DNA of 64,000 nucleotides from Longimicrobiales bacterium (GTDB lineage Bacteria; Gemmatimonadota; Gemmatimonadetes; Longimicrobiales; Gaopeijiaceae), in assembly GCA_965202805.1 (NCBI GenBank), contig OZ241869.1, positions 1,152,001 through 1,216,000 of the forward strand, read 5' to 3'. The notes beneath the pieces are model-generated. The model had not been told where the DNA came from. It was given only the letters and a program-made list of their open reading frames with translations, and did not search any database. A program made the position numbers and the translations under genes. Below, piece after piece: positions 29,155 through 39,945 of the stretch; within the stretch, counting starts at the first letter, position 1, and every line of letters starts with the position of its first letter.

Positions 29155-30360
29155 TCAGCTCCTCGCCGCCGCCTCCTGCACCGCGAGGATCAGCGACTTG
29201 TGGCGGCTGAACGCCCAGCGGGCCTCCTCGACATCGAGACGTTCACGGTTGGTGTGCGCGTAGCGTTCCTCCCCGGGGGCGAAGCCGATGGTCGGAATGC
29301 CGAACACGCCGCAGGTCCAGCCTCCGTCGGTTGCGAAGGTCCAGGGACGGCAGTGTGCGGCCATGCCAGGGTCGCCGCGGCGTCCCACCGCGCTCGCCGC
29401 CGCCGTCACCACCGCGTGGTCGGGTTCCATCAGGAAGCCCGGCGTGAGCAGGTTGCGGTCGGCAGAGCGGCCCGTGTAGGAGGTCTGGCGCTCCGAGGCA
29501 AGGCGGCACTCGATCGAGTAGCCGGCCGGAACGTCCGGGAGCACCTCGGCGATGGCGTTCTCGACGCGCCCGATGAGGCTCGCCTCGGTGTCGGTGGGCA
29601 GGATGCGCCAGTCGAGCACGACGATGACCTCGTCGGGGATCACGTTCGGGCTCTCGGGGCGCACCCGGACATCGGTAGGCGCGAGGCTCGCGGGCCCCAG
29701 AACGGGATCGGACTCCTGCCGCCGCGCGAGGCCGCCGATCCCGGTCAGCACGCCGGGCAGAAGGTCGAGCGCGTTGCGGGCGCGGTCAGGGGCGCTGGCA
29801 TGGCTGGCGAGGCCGCGGATCACGACCTCGAGCTGCGCGCGACCGCGGTGACCCAGAGCGATATCGCCGTACGTCGACTCGCCGATGATCACCGCCGCGG
29901 GGTTCACCAGCCCCGACCGCACCAGGTGCTCCATGCCCCAGCCACCCCGCTCCTCGTACACCACCTGCCCCACGATCACGTCGCCCGGAGCGCGGTCGGC
30001 GAGGGCGGCGGCGGCGTAGACCTGGAGCGCCATGGGGCCCTTGATGTCCATCGCCCCGCGGCCGTGCAGGTGCCCGTCCACGACATCGCCGCAGAAGGGC
30101 GGGTGCTCCCACTCCTCGTGCGCCCCCTCGGCCACCACGTCCAGGTGGCAGGAGAGCATCACCGGGGGCGCATCTCCCCTTCCCTTGACGACGCCGGCGA
30201 CGCTGCCCAGCCCGTCGACCTCCACCCGGTCGAAGCCCAGCACGCGCATCTCCTCCCGGAGGCGGGCGGCGACTTCGCCCTCCTCCCCGCTCATGGAGGG
30301 AATGCGGATCAGATCTCCGGCGAAGGCCAGGGCGTTCTCGAAGGTCGGCTCGCGGTTCAT
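29155..30360 (-). CDS. M20 family metallo-hydrolase (ArgE/DapE-like)
   Basis: [35 protein letters not shown]. Confidence 0.9.
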   Translation of the reverse strand: MNREPTFENALAFAGDLIRIPSMSGEEGEVAARLREEMRVLGFDRVEVDGLGSVAGVVKGRGDAPPVMLSCHLDVVAEGAHEEWEHPPFCGDVVDGHLHGRGAMDIKGPMALQVYAAAALADRAPGDVIVGQVVYEERGGWGMEHLVRSGLVNPAAVIIGESTYGDIALGHRGRAQLEVVIRGLASHASAPDRARNALDLLPGVLTGIGGLARRQESDPVLGPASLAPTDVRVRPESPNVIPDEVIVVLDWRILPTDTEASLIGRVENAIAEVLPDVPAGYSIECRLASERQTSYTGRSADRNLLTPGFLMEPDHAVVTAAASAVGRRGDPGMAAHCRPWTFATDGGWTCGVFGIPTIGFAPGEERYAHTNRERLDVEEARWAFSRHKSLILAVQEAAARS

Positions 30361-30390
30361 GGGCTCAGGCTCCGGGGGCAGGCACGGGGG

Positions 30391-32508
30391 TTATCCGAGA
30401 AGGGCTTCCACGAAGTCCCGCATCCAGGACATGTCGACTCCGCCCTCTCCGTGCACGCGCACGAACCAGGGGGCCAGGACGAGGGCCACAACGCTCATCA
30501 GCTTGATCAGGATGTTGAGCGAGGGACCCGAGGTATCCTTGAAGGGATCCCCGACGGTGTCCCCCACGACTGCGGCCTTGTGGGGCTCGGAGCCCTTGCC
30601 ACCCATGGCCCCGCCCTCGATGTACTTCTTCGCGTTGTCCCAGGCGCCGCCCGCGTTGGCCATGAAGAGCGCCATGAGCACGCCGGTCACCGTCGCGCCG
30701 GCGAGCAGTCCGCCCAGCGCCTCCACACCGAGAAAGCGGCCGACCACGACCGGAGAGAGCACGGCGATGACCCCCGGGAGGATCATCTCGCGCAGCGCCG
30801 CGCGGGTGGAGATGTCCACGCAGCGCGCCGAGTCGGGTTTGCTGCGGCCCTCCATGATGCCGGGGATCTCGCGGAACTGGCGGCGCACCTCGGCGACCAT
30901 CCCGGCCGCCGCGCGCCCCACCGCGGTCATCGTGAGCGCCGCCACCAGGAAGGGCAGCGCCGCGCCCAGGAAGAGTCCGATCACGACCAGCGGGTCGACG
31001 ATGCTGATCCCGGTCTGCTGGAGGCCGACCTTGGTGGTGTAGGCGGAGAAAAGGGCGAGGGCGGTGAGCGCCGCCGACCCGATGGCGAAGCCCTTGCCGA
31101 TCGCCGCGGTGGTGTTGCCGATCGCGTCCAGCGAGTCGGTGATCCTGCGGGTTTCCTCTCCGAGGCCGCTCATCTCGGAGATGCCGCCGGCGTTGTCCGC
31201 GACGGGCCCGTAGGCGTCCACGGACATGGTCACGCCCACGGTGGCCAGCATGCCGACGGCGGCGATGCCGATGCCGTACAGCCCCGCCGCCAGGAACGAG
31301 ACGAAGATCGCCAGGCAGATGAGCAGCACCGGGATCACCGTGGACTCCATGCCCACCGCCAGCCCGGTGATCATGTTGGTGGCGGAGCCGGTGTCGCTCG
31401 CGCTGGCGATCCGCTGCACCGGCTTGCCGGCCGTGTAGTATTCGGTGGCGAGTCCGATGAAGATCCCCACCAGGGTGCCCGCGAGGATCGCCCAGAACGG
31501 CCCCATCGGGGAGTACGCGGTGTCGCCGTCGGCCAGCTGCAGGTCGAGCGATCCGACGATCAGGTACATCGTCACCAGGAAGAGGCCCGCGGCGACGAAG
31601 GTGACGTTGCGCAGGGCGCCGGCCGGGCTGCTGCGCTCCAGGACCTTCATGGCCGCGATCCCGAGCAGCGAGGCGACCAGCCCCGCCATCACCGTCAGCA
31701 GGGGCAGCGCGACCGTCTCCGCGACGCTGGCCGCGGTGAGCTGGGAGGTCGCCGCGATGGCGATGGTGGCGATGATCGACCCGACGTAGGACTCGAAGAT
31801 GTCGGCGCCCATGCCGGCCACGTCCCCCACGTTGTCCCCCACGTTGTCGGCGATGGTGGCGGGGTTGCGCGGATCGTCCTCCGGGATGCCCGCCTCGACC
31901 TTGCCCACCAGGTCCGCCCCCACGTCCGCCGCCTTGGTGAAGATCCCGCCGCCCACGCGCGCGAACAGGGCGATGGAGCTGGCCCCCATCGCGAAGCCGG
32001 AAACGATCTCCGAGAAGCGCGGGAAGTCGCTCGTGCCAGGAATGGCGCCCGCCGCGAAGATCCAGTAGAAGATCCCGACCCCGAGCAACCCCAGGGCCGC
32101 CACCGAGAGACCCATCACCGCGCCTCCCGCGAACGCGATGCGGAGCGCCTTGCCCTGGCCCTCGGTGCTGGCCGCGGCCGAGGTGCGCACGTTGGCGCGC
32201 GTGGCCGCCTTCATGCCGAAGAAGCCGGCCAACACCGAGGAGACGGCGCCCGCCACATAGGCCACCCAGGTCCAGCCCGGAATCGCCACCGCCAGCAGGA
32301 TGGCGACCAGCACGACGAACCCGGCCAGCACCGTGTATTCGCGGCGCAGGAACGCCATCGCTCCGTCGTGGATCTGGTCGGCGAGATCGACCATTACGGC
32401 CGAGCCCGGGTCCTGCCCGCGCAGGTAGGCGAAGACGCCGCCGGCCGCCGCGAGGCCGAGGACGCCGAACATCCAGGCCCAGTTCGCAAGGGGTACCAAG
32501 TCGTTCAT
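30391..32508 (-). CDS. hppA: Membrane ion-translocating pyrophosphatase (K+-dependent, probably Na+-pumping)
   Basis: [53 protein letters not shown]. Confidence 0.95.
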   Translation of the reverse strand: MNDLVPLANWAWMFGVLGLAAAGGVFAYLRGQDPGSAVMVDLADQIHDGAMAFLRREYTVLAGFVVLVAILLAVAIPGWTWVAYVAGAVSSVLAGFFGMKAATRANVRTSAAASTEGQGKALRIAFAGGAVMGLSVAALGLLGVGIFYWIFAAGAIPGTSDFPRFSEIVSGFAMGASSIALFARVGGGIFTKAADVGADLVGKVEAGIPEDDPRNPATIADNVGDNVGDVAGMGADIFESYVGSIIATIAIAATSQLTAASVAETVALPLLTVMAGLVASLLGIAAMKVLERSSPAGALRNVTFVAAGLFLVTMYLIVGSLDLQLADGDTAYSPMGPFWAILAGTLVGIFIGLATEYYTAGKPVQRIASASDTGSATNMITGLAVGMESTVIPVLLICLAIFVSFLAAGLYGIGIAAVGMLATVGVTMSVDAYGPVADNAGGISEMSGLGEETRRITDSLDAIGNTTAAIGKGFAIGSAALTALALFSAYTTKVGLQQTGISIVDPLVVIGLFLGAALPFLVAALTMTAVGRAAAGMVAEVRRQFREIPGIMEGRSKPDSARCVDISTRAALREMILPGVIAVLSPVVVGRFLGVEALGGLLAGATVTGVLMALFMANAGGAWDNAKKYIEGGAMGGKGSEPHKAAVVGDTVGDPFKDTSGPSLNILIKLMSVVALVLAPWFVRVHGEGGVDMSWMRDFVEALLG

Positions 32509-32562
32509 CTGATCTGCTTCTGGTGAGGGTGGCGGTTCAGTTCCCGCCGTCGCGCGGGCGGG

Positions 32563-33132
32563 TCATCGGTTGTAGGCGTTCATCACGGGCTCGATGCCCT
32601 CGTTCATCCACAGCCGGGCTGCGGCGGGCAGCTCGTCCAGCAGGGCGACGACCACGTCCTCGTCATCCTCTTCCATCGGCGAAAGCACCCAGTCGGCCAG
32701 ATCCATGCGCCCGGGGCGGGCGCCCACCCCGATGCGCAACCGGGGGTAGTCCGGGGTGCCGAGCACGCCGGTCACCGACCGAAGCCCCTTGTGTCCGCCG
32801 GCGCCGCCTCCGGGCCTGAAACGCAACCGCCCGACGTCGAGGTTGACATCGTCGGCTACCACCAGAAGGTCCTCCCCAAAGCCGAATTCAGCCGCATTGA
32901 GATTGAGATAGGGCGCCAGCGCGGCCCCGCTCCGGTTCACGTAGGTGACCGGCTTTACCAGGTGCACGGCGTGGTCATCGACGACGCCGTCGGCCAGCAG
33001 CGAGGCATCCGTCCTCTCGAAGGGCCCGAGGTCCCAGTCGTACGCCAGGCGGTCGATCGCCCACCATCCCACGTTGTGGCGCGTGGCGTCATAACGGGGT
33101 CCCGGATTCCCGAGGCCCACGATGACCTTCAA
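32563..33132 (-). CDS. pth: Peptidyl-tRNA hydrolase
   Basis: VGLGNPG..Y..TRHNVG, KPVTYVNRSG, GGHKGL, RLRIGVG. Confidence 0.96.
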   Translation of the reverse strand: MKVIVGLGNPGPRYDATRHNVGWWAIDRLAYDWDLGPFERTDASLLADGVVDDHAVHLVKPVTYVNRSGAALAPYLNLNAAEFGFGEDLLVVADDVNLDVGRLRFRPGGGAGGHKGLRSVTGVLGTPDYPRLRIGVGARPGRMDLADWVLSPMEEDDEDVVVALLDELPAAARLWMNEGIEPVMNAYNR

Positions 33133-33767
33133 CCAGGCTCCTCGACATCCTCGCCGGCTTCCTCGATCTCACCGACTTCCAGACCCTCCTCCTCCTCTTC
33201 AGGCGCCCAGGATGTCGCGATGTGACACACCAGGGTATCCGGGCCGGAGAGCAGCTCGACGTCCTCGGGGAGGGCGATATCGGCGAGCCTGAGCGATTCT
33301 CCGATGCCCAGTTCCGAAATGTCGGCCTCGATCGACTCCGGTATCCTTGCGGGCGTGCAGCGCACGTGCGCTTCGTGCACGGCGATATCCAGGCGACCGC
33401 CTGCGCGGGTGCCGGCCGGAGTGCCGGAAAGCGAGATCGGCACGTTCAGTTCGACCGCGATTCCCCGGCGCAGACGCATGAAGTCGACGTGGAGGACGTC
33501 GGGGCGAAACGGATGGGTCTGGATCTCGCGCACCAGCGTGCGCAAGGTCTCCCCGCCGCCGATGTCGAGCTGGAGAACGGTGTTGGCCACCGGGATGGAC
33601 TCGAACAGATGGACCGCCTCCTGCTCGTCCAGCGAGAGCGGGATGGGTTCCATGTCCTTGCCGTACACGACCGCCGGGATACGTCCCGCGCGCCGCAGAC
33701 GGCGGGCGACGCCCTTGCCGGTCTCTTCCCTGCGCCGGGCCTGGAGGGAGGCTTCTGCTACGCTCAT
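33129..33767 (-). CDS. rplY: 50S ribosomal protein L25 (Ctc type)
   Basis: GKGVARRLRRAGRIPAVVYG, LHVDF, IPESIEADISEL. Confidence 0.95.
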   Translation of the reverse strand: MSVAEASLQARRREETGKGVARRLRRAGRIPAVVYGKDMEPIPLSLDEQEAVHLFESIPVANTVLQLDIGGGETLRTLVREIQTHPFRPDVLHVDFMRLRRGIAVELNVPISLSGTPAGTRAGGRLDIAVHEAHVRCTPARIPESIEADISELGIGESLRLADIALPEDVELLSGPDTLVCHIATSWAPEEEEEGLEVGEIEEAGEDVEEPG

Positions 33768-33786
33768 TTCGGGCTCTTCGTGAATT

Positions 33787-34842
33787 TCAGGAGGTTGCCA
33801 GAGAGGATTTGGCCGCGCGCGTCGGCCACGCACTCGCCGGTGCGGGCTCGGCGTCACCGGCCTCTATGACGATCGGGGCCTCCCGGGCCGGCATCTTGAA
33901 CAACTGGCTCACGGAGGCGTTGGAGTGAATGTAGCGAATGGCATCGGACAGCAGGCCGGCCACGGAGAGCACTTTCAGCTTGGGAAAGCGCAGTTCCGGA
34001 GATATGCCGATGGTGTTGGTGACCACGACTTCCTCCACCGGGGCCCCCTGAAGCCGCTCGGACGCCCTTCCCGACAGGAGGGCGTGGGTGGCGCAGGCGT
34101 AGACGGCGGCCGCTCCGCGTTCCTTCAGCGCATAGATGCCGTTGGTGAGGGTGCCCGCCGTGTCGACCATGTCGTCGACGATCAGGCAGGTCCTGCCCTC
34201 CACCTCGCCCACGACGTTGACCACTTCGGCCACGTTGGCGGTGCGCCGGCGCTTGTCGATGACGGCCAGGGAGGCTCCGAGCCGGCGCGCGAAGCCCCGG
34301 GCCATCTTCGCGGATCCCGCATCCGGCGCGATGACGACCAGATCGTCCAGGTCCATGTCGCTGAAGTACCGCGTCAGCACCGGAGCGGCGTACAGGTGAT
34401 CCACGGGGATGTCGAAGAACCCCTGGATCTGATGCTGATGGAAGTCGATGCCCAGCAGCCGGTCGGCACCGGCGGCGACGATCAGGTTGGCGACCAGCTT
34501 GGCGCCGATCGAGACCCGGGGCTGGTCCTTGCGGTCCTGGCGCCCGTAGCCGAAGTAGGGGACCACGGCGGTGACGCGGGCGGCCGAGGCGCGCACGGCG
34601 GCGTCGACCAGGAGCAACAGCTCCATGATGTTGTCGGCCGGCGTCGTCGTCGGCTGGATGATGAAGACGTCGCGCCCGCGCGCGTTGCGGTCCAGTCGAA
34701 CGAAGATCTCGCCGTCCGCGAAGTCGCGCACCGTGGCGCCGAAGGCGGACTCACCCAGCCTCTCGCCGATCTCCGCGGCCAGAGGCCGGTTGGCGCGGCC
34801 AGCAAGGAGCAATAGCGGACCGCGGCGGTATTGATCGTCCAT
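33787..34842 (-). CDS. prs: Ribose-phosphate pyrophosphokinase
   Basis: FADGEI, PYFGYGRQDRK, QIQGFF, IVDDMVDTAGT. Confidence 0.97.
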   Translation of the reverse strand: MDDQYRRGPLLLLAGRANRPLAAEIGERLGESAFGATVRDFADGEIFVRLDRNARGRDVFIIQPTTTPADNIMELLLLVDAAVRASAARVTAVVPYFGYGRQDRKDQPRVSIGAKLVANLIVAAGADRLLGIDFHQHQIQGFFDIPVDHLYAAPVLTRYFSDMDLDDLVVIAPDAGSAKMARGFARRLGASLAVIDKRRRTANVAEVVNVVGEVEGRTCLIVDDMVDTAGTLTNGIYALKERGAAAVYACATHALLSGRASERLQGAPVEEVVVTNTIGISPELRFPKLKVLSVAGLLSDAIRYIHSNASVSQLFKMPAREAPIVIEAGDAEPAPASAWPTRAAKSSLATS

Positions 34843-34901
34843 GGAGGCGTCACCGTCAGCTGGCGTGGCGGGGGGCAAGTTCGGCGTTACGGTAGCCGTT
34901 A

Positions 34902-34930
34902 AGTGTAGGCATCCCGGAGAGGAGCGTCAA
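34902..34930 (-). promoter_or_regulatory. Putative sigma70 promoter of prs-rplY-pth
   Basis: TTGACG-17 nt-TACACT. Confidence 0.7.
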
Positions 34931-35020
34931 CGCGCCATCGGCTCGGCGAAACGGCACGAGCGGCCTGGCAGCCCTGGGACGAACTCCCCCCGGCATTCGG
35001 GCGGATTCATCCACGGACTG

Positions 35021-36847
35021 CTATCCGACAATCTGCACGCGCCGGCGTCGAATCACGGGGGCCCAGTCGTCGACTCTGAGCTCCAGCCGAAGCTCGTAGA
35101 TCCCCGGTTCCAGGTTTCTGAAATCGAGGTCGACGGAGCGGAAGTGCGCACCCGGCCGCCCGGGGCTCGGCTCGCTCCACTCGACGTTCAGCGGAGCCTC
35201 GCTGCCGCGCAGCCTCAGGAACTCTCCCAGCCGGCGGAAGAACGACCGGTCGAGCGCCTCGATCGCAAGGCGATACGCGATCCGGGCTTCACCGGTCCCG
35301 AGCCCGTAGGCCTCCCACGCGACAGCCAGCTCCTGCAGCCCGCCGAGCGCCAGGGATGGCAGGGCATGGTCCATCACGTCATCGACCGACTCGGGCACCC
35401 GGTCGAGGGCCTCGATGACCAGGAAGTCGGAGAGATCGGGGATGTCGTCCGGATGCGGGCCCAGGACGAGGTCTCCCCGCAGACGCGCTCCCTGACCGGC
35501 TCGGCGGTCGAGCGCTTCCACGCTGTAAACATAGCTGCCCAGCGGCACCATGAGCGACAGCGTACCGCGTTCCGACAGCATGCGGTGCACCGGCGGACGG
35601 AACTCGCCGACCGTCTCCGCCCAGGGCACCAGGAACAGTCCCGCCTGTACATCCCGCCGATGCTCATCCCCGGCCACGGGGCTGCCGGGGCCGAGCGCTG
35701 CTTCGGCCGTGTCCCGGGGCTCGAACCTGAACGGGGCCACCACCAGCAGCGAGTCGCCGCGGCGGAAGCGGGCGAGCACCGTGTGCATCGTCCCCAGCTC
35801 GGGGGCGTACGACGGTGCGTACGCGCTGCGAGGACGCGACACCGGGTCACCCCAGACGGTACCCGCCGGCAAGCTGAATCTGCCGGTCAGAACGCCGTCC
35901 GGCGCCATGTACCGCTCGGAGTGCGGAGGATGGCGCCCGGTTACCCGCGGGCGCATGCTCGATCCGCTGGTGGGGACGTATCTGGACCAGCTGGTCTCGT
36001 GCCCGTAGCGAATGGAAAGTTCGTCCAGCCCGGACGTCCAGGGAAGCCCGTGGGGATTGTGCGCGCGCCGCTGAATGCGACCGCCGGTGTGCCGGCTCAT
36101 ATGCTCGGTCCAGCGGTCGTTGCCACGCACCAGATAATAGGGGTCGGCGAGTGCCCACAGCCGGCGGCTCGCCGCCTCGCGCGTTTCCGGATCCAGCCCG
36201 TCGAGGCCGGACTCGTCCATCCTCTCCAGCAGCGGAGCCAGGGACAGCCACTCCTCGGCATCGCGCGAATCCATCGCTCCCAGGGCCGCGCGATAAGCGC
36301 GCTCCGCGTCCTCGAAGCGTTCCAGGCGATGGAGCGCAAGACCGCGCAGCGCCTCGCACCAGCCGGGCTCGGGCGCGGTGCAGGCGCGGGCGACCGCGAG
36401 AGCCTCGTGCGCCCGTCCCGCCTCCACCAGGTAATGGACGCGCTGGCCCACGATCCAACCGTCGCCGGGGAGTTGGCGCGCGGCCTGCGCGAGGGTGTCC
36501 AGCAGTTCCTCGCGCGCCACGGTGATCTCCACGGCCTCCGGATCCGGTTCCGAGTGATTGTCCCCGTGCCAGTAGCACATGCGGCCGATGAGCTCGTCGC
36601 ACGGAGAGGAGCCGGGCTCGACGGACAGGGGCAGATGACGGACGCGCAGCCGCTCGAAGCGCCGCTGCGCTTCGCGGCTCCGGTCGTAAATCGTGGAGGA
36701 GTCGCGCTCCGCCACGGCTTCCTGCCGAGGAGGATCCGGAGGGAGATTGCGCTCCTGTCCGGGAGAAAGCGCGGCGATGGCGGCGGACGGTCCTGTGAGA
36801 ACCGCGGCCAGCGCGAGCGGAACGGCCGTGAGCACCGGGATCGTGAT
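35021..36847 (-). CDS. Exported hypothetical protein (TPR-like region + GWxTD-like domain)
   Basis: Signal peptide; LWALADPYYL..NDRWTEH..R and IRYG resemble the GWxTD domain; start is ATC 36847 (good SD) or GTG 36835. Confidence 0.65.
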   Translation of the reverse strand: MTIPVLTAVPLALAAVLTGPSAAIAALSPGQERNLPPDPPRQEAVAERDSSTIYDRSREAQRRFERLRVRHLPLSVEPGSSPCDELIGRMCYWHGDNHSEPDPEAVEITVAREELLDTLAQAARQLPGDGWIVGQRVHYLVEAGRAHEALAVARACTAPEPGWCEALRGLALHRLERFEDAERAYRAALGAMDSRDAEEWLSLAPLLERMDESGLDGLDPETREAASRRLWALADPYYLVRGNDRWTEHMSRHTGGRIQRRAHNPHGLPWTSGLDELSIRYGHETSWSRYVPTSGSSMRPRVTGRHPPHSERYMAPDGVLTGRFSLPAGTVWGDPVSRPRSAYAPSYAPELGTMHTVLARFRRGDSLLVVAPFRFEPRDTAEAALGPGSPVAGDEHRRDVQAGLFLVPWAETVGEFRPPVHRMLSERGTLSLMVPLGSYVYSVEALDRRAGQGARLRGDLVLGPHPDDIPDLSDFLVIEALDRVPESVDDVMDHALPSLALGGLQELAVAWEAYGLGTGEARIAYRLAIEALDRSFFRRLGEFLRLRGSEAPLNVEWSEPSPGRPGAHFRSVDLDFRNLEPGIYELRLELRVDDWAPVIRRRRVQIVG

Positions 36848-36876
36848 GGTGGCTCCTCCTTCACGGCTGGAGCGGA

Positions 36877-36947
36877 TTGGCCCGGGTGGATTCGAACCAC
36901 CACCGCCGGTTCCAAAGACCGGTGTCCTGCCATTAGACGACGGGCCA
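36877..36947 (-). tRNA. tRNA-Gln(UUG), CCA not encoded
   Basis: TGGCCCG/CGGGCCA acceptor stem, CCGGT-CTTTGGA-ACCGG anticodon arm, GGTGG-TTCGAAT-CCACC T arm. Confidence 0.96.
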
Positions 36948-36965
36948 CTCACGACGGCTCCCGGA

Positions 36966-36994
36966 ATCCTACTCGCGCCACGGTGCGGCCTCAA
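36966..36994 (-). promoter_or_regulatory. Putative sigma70 promoter of tRNA-Gln
   Basis: TTGAGG-17 nt-TAGGAT. Confidence 0.6.
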
Positions 36995-37108
36995 GAGCGA
37001 CGGCGGGACGGCAGGCGGCCGGAAGGCTCCGTGGCAGGGCAGCAGCCCGCTCCGTGGCAGGAATCACGCCGGTCCGCCAGGCTTCGCCCTGGACAGGGCG
37101 CGGGCGCC

Positions 37109-38014
37109 CTACGACGGCTGAATGACGGGAAAGCGCGAAAGGGTGTTTGTCAGATGGACTTGTCCGGCCCCCGGCCTCCGTTTGATGCGGCGGCGGGCCC
37201 GCCCGGCCGACCCGGCGTCCCGGTACACCGCAAAGACCGTGCTGCCGCTGCCCGACATGAGCGCCAGGAGGGGAGACGTTGCCCGCAACGACATCGCCGT
37301 TTCCCGGAGGTCGGGGCGGGCGGCGAAGATGGACGCCTCGAAGTCGTTGTGGGCCAAACTCGCCACCGTCGCCCAATCCCGGCATCGGTCCGGTGTAAGG
37401 GGAATTGGCCGATCGGCGGACCGCTCCTTCACCCCGCCCACCCCCCGCCCCCGGGCGAGCAGGCTGTACGCCCATGCCGTCCCCACCCCCTCCGGCGACC
37501 CCACCAGCAGCACCGGACGGGGTGGTAGCGGGGGCAGCGGCGTGAGATGGTCGCCCCGGCCGCCACCCAGTGCCAGCGGCGACGGCGACAGGAAGAAGGG
37601 AACGTCGGCGCCCAGGCCGCGCGCCACCCGGGTGAGCGCAGCGACGCCGGCGGCGGGCTTGAACAACTGGTCCAGGCAGCGGAGCGTCGCGGCCGCGTCC
37701 GAGGAGCCTCCGCCCAGCCCGCCGCCGACCGGAATGCGCTTCACCAGCCGGATGGCCACCCCGCCCCGCTCACCGCGAGCGTCCAGGTACGCCCGCGCCG
37801 CCCGGTACACCAGGTTGTCGCGCGGGTCGCCCAGGTCGGCCCCGGCGACCTCCACGGTGATGCCGGCCGCGGCGCGCTCCACCCGAAGGTGGTCGCACAA
37901 CCCGACCGCCGCGAAGAGCGTGTCCACGTCGTGGTATCCGTCGGCGCGGCGCGCGCCCACGCGCAGGACGAGGTTGACCTTGGCCGGAGCTTCGAGCACG
38001 ACCGTGCTTTTCAC
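37109..38014 (-). CDS. ispE: 4-diphosphocytidyl-2-C-methyl-D-erythritol kinase
   Basis: APAKVNL.L, DGYH, KRIPVGGGLGGGSSDAA, GADVPFF, MSGSGSTVF. Confidence 0.95.
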   Translation of the reverse strand: MKSTVVLEAPAKVNLVLRVGARRADGYHDVDTLFAAVGLCDHLRVERAAAGITVEVAGADLGDPRDNLVYRAARAYLDARGERGGVAIRLVKRIPVGGGLGGGSSDAAATLRCLDQLFKPAAGVAALTRVARGLGADVPFFLSPSPLALGGGRGDHLTPLPPLPPRPVLLVGSPEGVGTAWAYSLLARGRGVGGVKERSADRPIPLTPDRCRDWATVASLAHNDFEASIFAARPDLRETAMSLRATSPLLALMSGSGSTVFAVYRDAGSAGRARRRIKRRPGAGQVHLTNTLSRFPVIQPS

Positions 38015-38109
38015 CGCGCCGGGCCCTCCGCACCGAACGCCGACACCACGCCCACGACCAGGGCAGGTCGCACCCGCGCCCGGCACCGACGACTCGACGC
38101 AACCATCGA

Positions 38110-39162
38110 TCACGCCCCGGAGGGCTTCCGGCGCCCCTGCCGGACCGCCTCTCCCCCGCCCTTCCGAGCGGGCCCCATCTCCCGGAACGAGAACCCCATG
38201 CGCCAGAAGTACCAGAGCCCGATCGCGGTCACCGGAATGAAGGTCGTGATGTGGTACCCCGCGGCAAACGCCAGCGCCGGATTCTCGCCTGCGCCGAGAA
38301 CGTCGACCAGGGCGAACCGCACTGCCGCCTCGAACGGGCCGAAAAAGCCGGGCGCGGACGGGAGCGCTACCGCCAGCGCGGTAGTCCCGTTCAGAAAGAG
38401 CGCCTCCGCGAATCCCGCGTCGATGCCGAACGCGCGGAAGCCCGCCCAGAACGACGCCGAATGCCAGAGCCAGAAAACGAGGCTCCACATCGCGGCTCGC
38501 ACCACCAGCCCGGGACTTCGAAGCGCACTCAGCCCGTCGATGAGCCCGTCCAGAATGGACAGCGCCCTGTCCCCCGCCGCGCCCGGCAGACGGGCGGCCA
38601 GCGGACGCGCGGCAGCCCGCACGACATCCGGACGCAGGAGCACCAGCGTCACGGCCAGGACCACGATCGCCAGCACGGCCAGGAACCCGGCCACCGCTCC
38701 TCCGACGAGTTGGCCCGCGAGCTCGGTGTCGGCGCGAAACCCCGGCAGCGACAACGAAACGACCAGCAGCGCCACGACCGTCAAGCCGTCAAACAGGCGT
38801 TCCACGACCAGGGAGGCCAGGCACGCCGAGGTCCGCATCTTCTCCATGCGCGCGAGCGACCAGGCCCGGGCGAACTCGCCGGCCCGCGCGGGCAGCAGGT
38901 TGTTGACCATGAAGCCGATGGAGGTGGCGGCGAAGCGCGGGCGGAGACCGGTCTGCGGGCGGAGCGGGGTGAGCAGCACCTTCCACCGCATGGCGCGCAA
39001 CAGGTAGCCCGAGGTGGCGACGAACACCGATGCGAGCAGCCACCATGGGTCGGCGGCCACCACCTCCGCGGCGATCGCGCCCAGGTCCTCGCCGCGGAAA
39101 ACCCACCACAGCAGCAGGACGCTGATGGAAAGCCCGAGGACGGACTTCCAGGACGATGTCAC
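38110..39162 (-). CDS. Lysylphosphatidylglycerol-synthase TM domain (flippase-like) protein
   Basis: RAMRW, NNLLPARAGE, ERLFD, LPSAPG..GPFE. Confidence 0.85.
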   Translation of the reverse strand: MTSSWKSVLGLSISVLLLWWVFRGEDLGAIAAEVVAADPWWLLASVFVATSGYLLRAMRWKVLLTPLRPQTGLRPRFAATSIGFMVNNLLPARAGEFARAWSLARMEKMRTSACLASLVVERLFDGLTVVALLVVSLSLPGFRADTELAGQLVGGAVAGFLAVLAIVVLAVTLVLLRPDVVRAAARPLAARLPGAAGDRALSILDGLIDGLSALRSPGLVVRAAMWSLVFWLWHSASFWAGFRAFGIDAGFAEALFLNGTTALAVALPSAPGFFGPFEAAVRFALVDVLGAGENPALAFAAGYHITTFIPVTAIGLWYFWRMGFSFREMGPARKGGGEAVRQGRRKPSGA

Positions 39163-39172
39163 GGACGAGACC

Positions 39173-39937
39173 TCAGTAGCCGATGGGAGGCAGCCAGCCC
39201 TCAGCGCTCATCATCCGGGGGGCGCGCCGGATGATGTCCTTCATCTCCCTCACCGCCCGCTCGAGCCCCACCAGCACCGCGCGCGAGATGATGCTGTGGC
39301 CGATGTTGAGTTCCTCGATCTCGCCGACCGCGGCCACCGGGATCACGTTCTCGTAGGTGAGCCCGTGACCGGCGTGGACCGCCAGCCCTGCGGCCCGACC
39401 GGCGCGCGCCGCCGACACCAGCCGATCCAGTTGGGCGGGACGGCCGTCCAGGTCCGCCAGCGCGTACTCTCCCGTGTGCAGCTCCACGGCGTCGGCCCCC
39501 AGCTCGGCGCTCGCTTCGATCGCTTCCTCGTCCGGGTCGATGAAGAGCGACGTCCGGACACCGGCGTCGGCGAGGCGAGCCAGCGCGTCCCGCATGGCGG
39601 CGCGCACCTCCGCCGAACCGAGCGCCAGCCCGCCCTCGGTGGTGACCTCCTCGCGGCGCTCGGGCACGAGCGTGGCCTGCATCGGCGCGAGCTCGCATGC
39701 CAGCCCCAGAATGTCCGGCGCAGTCGCCAGCTCGAGATTGATCCCCGTGCGGGCCGTCTCCATGAGCAGCCGGACGTCCCGGTCGCTGATGTGGCGGCGG
39801 TCCTCGCGCAGGTGCACGGTGATCCCGTCGGCGCCTCCCAACTCGGTCAGTACCGCCGCGCGCACGGGATCGGGTTCATCCGTCCGGCGCGCCTGCCGGA
39901 CGGTGGCGACGTGATCGATGTTGACATAGAAGCGCAT
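39173..39937 (-). CDS. pdxJ: Pyridoxine 5'-phosphate synthase
   Basis: [41 protein letters not shown]. Confidence 0.97.
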   Translation of the reverse strand: MRFYVNIDHVATVRQARRTDEPDPVRAAVLTELGGADGITVHLREDRRHISDRDVRLLMETARTGINLELATAPDILGLACELAPMQATLVPERREEVTTEGGLALGSAEVRAAMRDALARLADAGVRTSLFIDPDEEAIEASAELGADAVELHTGEYALADLDGRPAQLDRLVSAARAGRAAGLAVHAGHGLTYENVIPVAAVGEIEELNIGHSIISRAVLVGLERAVREMKDIIRRAPRMMSAEGWLPPIGY

Positions 39938-39945
39938 GGCGTGCC

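Noticed and set aside
28351..32526. 1391-aa plus-strand ORF, and similar long ORFs such as 6922-10059, 23228-25990, 34841-37528, 40372-42882 and 60228-62720
   Set aside because: Antisense or alternate-frame shadows of well-supported genes. They are expected at this GC content and show no recognisable motifs.
36848..36994. N-terminal extension of ORF 35021..36994
   Set aside because: It runs through tRNA-Gln and its promoter, so the real start must lie downstream of the tRNA.
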